NCBI GenBank assembly: GCA_020853025.1
Contig: JADYZP010000009.1
Location: forward strand, 86,410-150,409
Length of the DNA: 64,000 nt
Source: Burkholderiales bacterium
GTDB taxonomy: Bacteria > Pseudomonadota > Gammaproteobacteria > Burkholderiales > Casimicrobiaceae
Reading direction: 5' to 3'
This document shows positions 62,109 through 64,000 of this stretch, piece after piece. The stretch's first letter is position 1. Each line of letters opens with the position of its first letter. The translations under genes and the position numbers were made by a program. The notes under the pieces were generated by a model that was given only the letters and a program-made list of their open reading frames with translations, did not search any database and was not told the origin of the DNA.

Positions 62109-62846
62109 CTACGCGCGCGGGACAACGTGATCGAGCACCGTGCGGACCTTGTCCATCGCGGTTTCGAGCATCTGCGAGATGCCGTCCATCGACACCTCGT
62201 GGGTGCTGTCGCCGCGGCCTGCGGCATGGTTGACGACGACGCAGATCGCCGCGTAGGCGAGCCCTGCTTCGCGGGCCAGCGCCGCCTCGGGCATGCCGGT
62301 CATGCCGACCATCGTTGCGCCATCCCGCTCCAGCCGGTCGATCTCGGCCACGGTTTCGAGGCGCGGGCCATTGACGGCGCCGTAGACACCGCCGTCACGC
62401 AGCGCGATGCCGGCGATGCGCGCCGCGTCGAGGCAGCACTCGCGCAGTTCCGGCGAATACGGATGCGTGAAGTCGACGTGAACGACGGCGCCCTCGCCGC
62501 TGTCGAAAAACGTCGTTTGCCGCCCCGAAGTGTAGTCGATCAGCTGATGCGGCAGGACCAGGTCGCCAGCGTCGCAGGCCCGGATGCCGCCGACCGAGGC
62601 CACGGCAAGGACCGCGCGGGCGCCCTTGTTGCGCAGTGCCCAGATGTTCGCGCGGTAGTTGACGCGATGCGGAGGAATCGTGTGGCCGTGACCGTGCCGC
62701 GCGAGAAACACGGCGTCGCGGCCGCCGATCTGGCCGAACAACAACGCGGACGACGGGTCACCATAGGGTGTACGCACGACCTCGCGGTGGGCGATCGCCA
62801 AAGTCGACAGCCGCGTCAAACCACTACCACCAATGATTGCCAGCAT
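62109..62846 (-). CDS. mtnP: S-methyl-5'-thioinosine/thioadenosine phosphorylase
   Basis: AIIGGSG, TPYG, RHG..H..PPH.VNYRAN, GPRLET and VGMT.MPE. Confidence 0.92.
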   Translation of the reverse strand: MLAIIGGSGLTRLSTLAIAHREVVRTPYGDPSSALLFGQIGGRDAVFLARHGHGHTIPPHRVNYRANIWALRNKGARAVLAVASVGGIRACDAGDLVLPHQLIDYTSGRQTTFFDSGEGAVVHVDFTHPYSPELRECCLDAARIAGIALRDGGVYGAVNGPRLETVAEIDRLERDGATMVGMTGMPEAALAREAGLAYAAICVVVNHAAGRGDSTHEVSMDGISQMLETAMDKVRTVLDHVVPRA

Positions 62847-63097
62847 GAAACTTGCTTTGCCAATGAAGTTGAAAGGGCTGTCGAAGCGAGGCGCCACCGT
62901 GGCCAGCCGTGATCGGCACGCTCGACGGCCAGGTACGCTGGTGGTGGATGACACCGCCAATTCATGACATTATCATGGAAATCCACGACCTTCAGACCCT
63001 CGACGCGTGATCGCCACAAGTCGGCAATGCGCGCAGGAGGCCGGAATGCCGGCAGCGACGGCGCGGCTCGCGCGCCGCCAACGTGCAAGGGGTGCGC

Positions 63098-64000
63098 ATG
63101 TATCTCGATCGACTGTTCAAGCTGATGGCGGAGAAGCAGGCCTCCGACCTGTTCATTTCCTGCGGGGCGCCGATCAACATCAAGGTCAACGGCGTCGTGC
63201 AGCCGGTGTCGACACAGCCGATGGACATCGACACGGTCCGCCGCATCGCCTACGAGCTGATGAGCAAGGAACAGGCGCGCGAGTTCGAGAATACGCTGGA
63301 AATGAACCTCTCGCACCTCGACCGCAGCGTCGGCAACTTCCGCGTCAACATCTTCCGCCAGCGCGGCACGATTTCGCTGGTCATCCGCTACGTACGCAGC
63401 AACGTGCCGCCGTTCGAGCAACTGAAGCTGCCGTCGGTGCTGCTCGACCTGGTCATGCAAAAGCGCGGGCTGGTGCTGGTCGCCGGCGCCACCGGCTCGG
63501 GCAAGTCGACGACGCTGGCGGCGATGATCGACCACCGCAACTCGACCAAGTCCGGACATATCCTGACCATCGAGGATCCGATCGAGTATCTGTTCGAGCA
63601 CAAGCAGAGCATCGTCAACCAGCGTGAAATCGGTGTCGACACCACCGCCTACAACGCGGCGCTGCAGAATGCGCTGCGCGAGGCGCCCGACCTCATCATG
63701 GTCGGCGAGGTTCGAGACAAGGAAACCATGCAGTCGGCGCTGCTGCACACGCTGACCGGCCATCTGTGCCTGACGACGATCCACGCCAACAACAGCTACC
63801 ACGCGCTGTCGCGGATCATCAATCTCTTTCCCTACGACGCACGTTCGGCCGTGCTGTCCGACCTTTCGATCGGCTTGCGCGCGATCATCTGTCAGCGCCT
63901 GATCCGCAATCGCGAGGGCGAACAGCAGCCGGCCGTCGAGATCCTGCTCAACACCTCGCTGATCGCCGAACTCATCAAGAACGGCGAGTTTTCGCAGATC
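63098..64000 (+). CDS. pilU: PilT/PilU-family type IV pilus ATPase (3'-truncated at window edge)
   Basis: Hand-translated from ATG 63098 (MYLDRLFKLMAEKQASDLFI); GATGSGKST, TIEDPIE, REAPD..MVGEVRD and GHLCLTTIHANN; no stop before the window end. Confidence 0.88.
   Translation, partial: MYLDRLFKLMAEKQASDLFISCGAPINIKVNGVVQPVSTQPMDIDTVRRIAYELMSKEQAREFENTLEMNLSHLDRSVGNFRVNIFRQRGTISLVIRYVRSNVPPFEQLKLPSVLLDLVMQKRGLVLVAGATGSGKSTTLAAMIDHRNSTKSGHILTIEDPIEYLFEHKQSIVNQREIGVDTTAYNAALQNALREAPDLIMVGEVRDKETMQSALLHTLTGHLCLTTIHANNSYHALSRIINLFPYDARSAVLSDLSIGLRAIICQRLIRNREGEQQPAVEILLNTSLIAELIKNGEFSQI

Noticed and set aside
62955-63010. Tiny ORF MEIHDLQTLDA* and a CATGA-N5-TCATG repeat between mtnP and pilU
   Set aside because: Too short and weak to support without conservation data.

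Overview
High-GC betaproteobacterial chromosome window (family unclear; gene content suggests a Burkholderiales-type lineage, which is inference). Left arm (1-10.5 kb): housekeeping and metal genes, including a CDF transporter, a CbiX chelatase, a CbbR-like LysR, a YjbE/TerC-USP fusion and an arsR-acr3-arsM operon. Middle (10.5-34.9 kb): an accessory tract with two Bug/TctC binding proteins, a double-GAF FixL/FixJ-like system plus a degenerate receiver, two arylsulfatases, a HAD hydrolase, a DUF3313 lipoprotein, a URO-D-like enzyme, a BBP7-type beta-barrel coupled to a 1278-aa G8-domain (CEMIP/TMEM2-like) secreted protein, a serine hydrolase, a COG4315/ECF/anti-sigma trio, TA genes and debris. 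Right arm (35-64 kb): core genes radA, rfaE1, ugd, pyrF, lapB, lapA, ihfB, rpsA, cmk, aroA, tyrA, hisC, pheA, gyrA, ompA, mtaD, ubiG, gph, a gspC-like gene, dapC, dapD, map, glnD, def, mtnP and a truncated pilU. The best signals are not in the ORF track. (1) A yybP-ykoY Mn2+ riboswitch with its own sigma70 promoter points at the LysR gene rather than at the divergent terC gene. (2) An SAH riboswitch drives only the first 17 codons of ahcY, inside a 2.1-kb cassette bounded by 49-bp imperfect direct repeats. (3) A BBP7 barrel and a G8 beta-helix protein form a tight gene pair near sulfatases. (4) The EPSPS has non-canonical residues at the glyphosate-resistance positions. No tRNA, rRNA, CRISPR array, integrase or transposase was recognised. 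All family calls come from motif recognition by eye; no searches were run.
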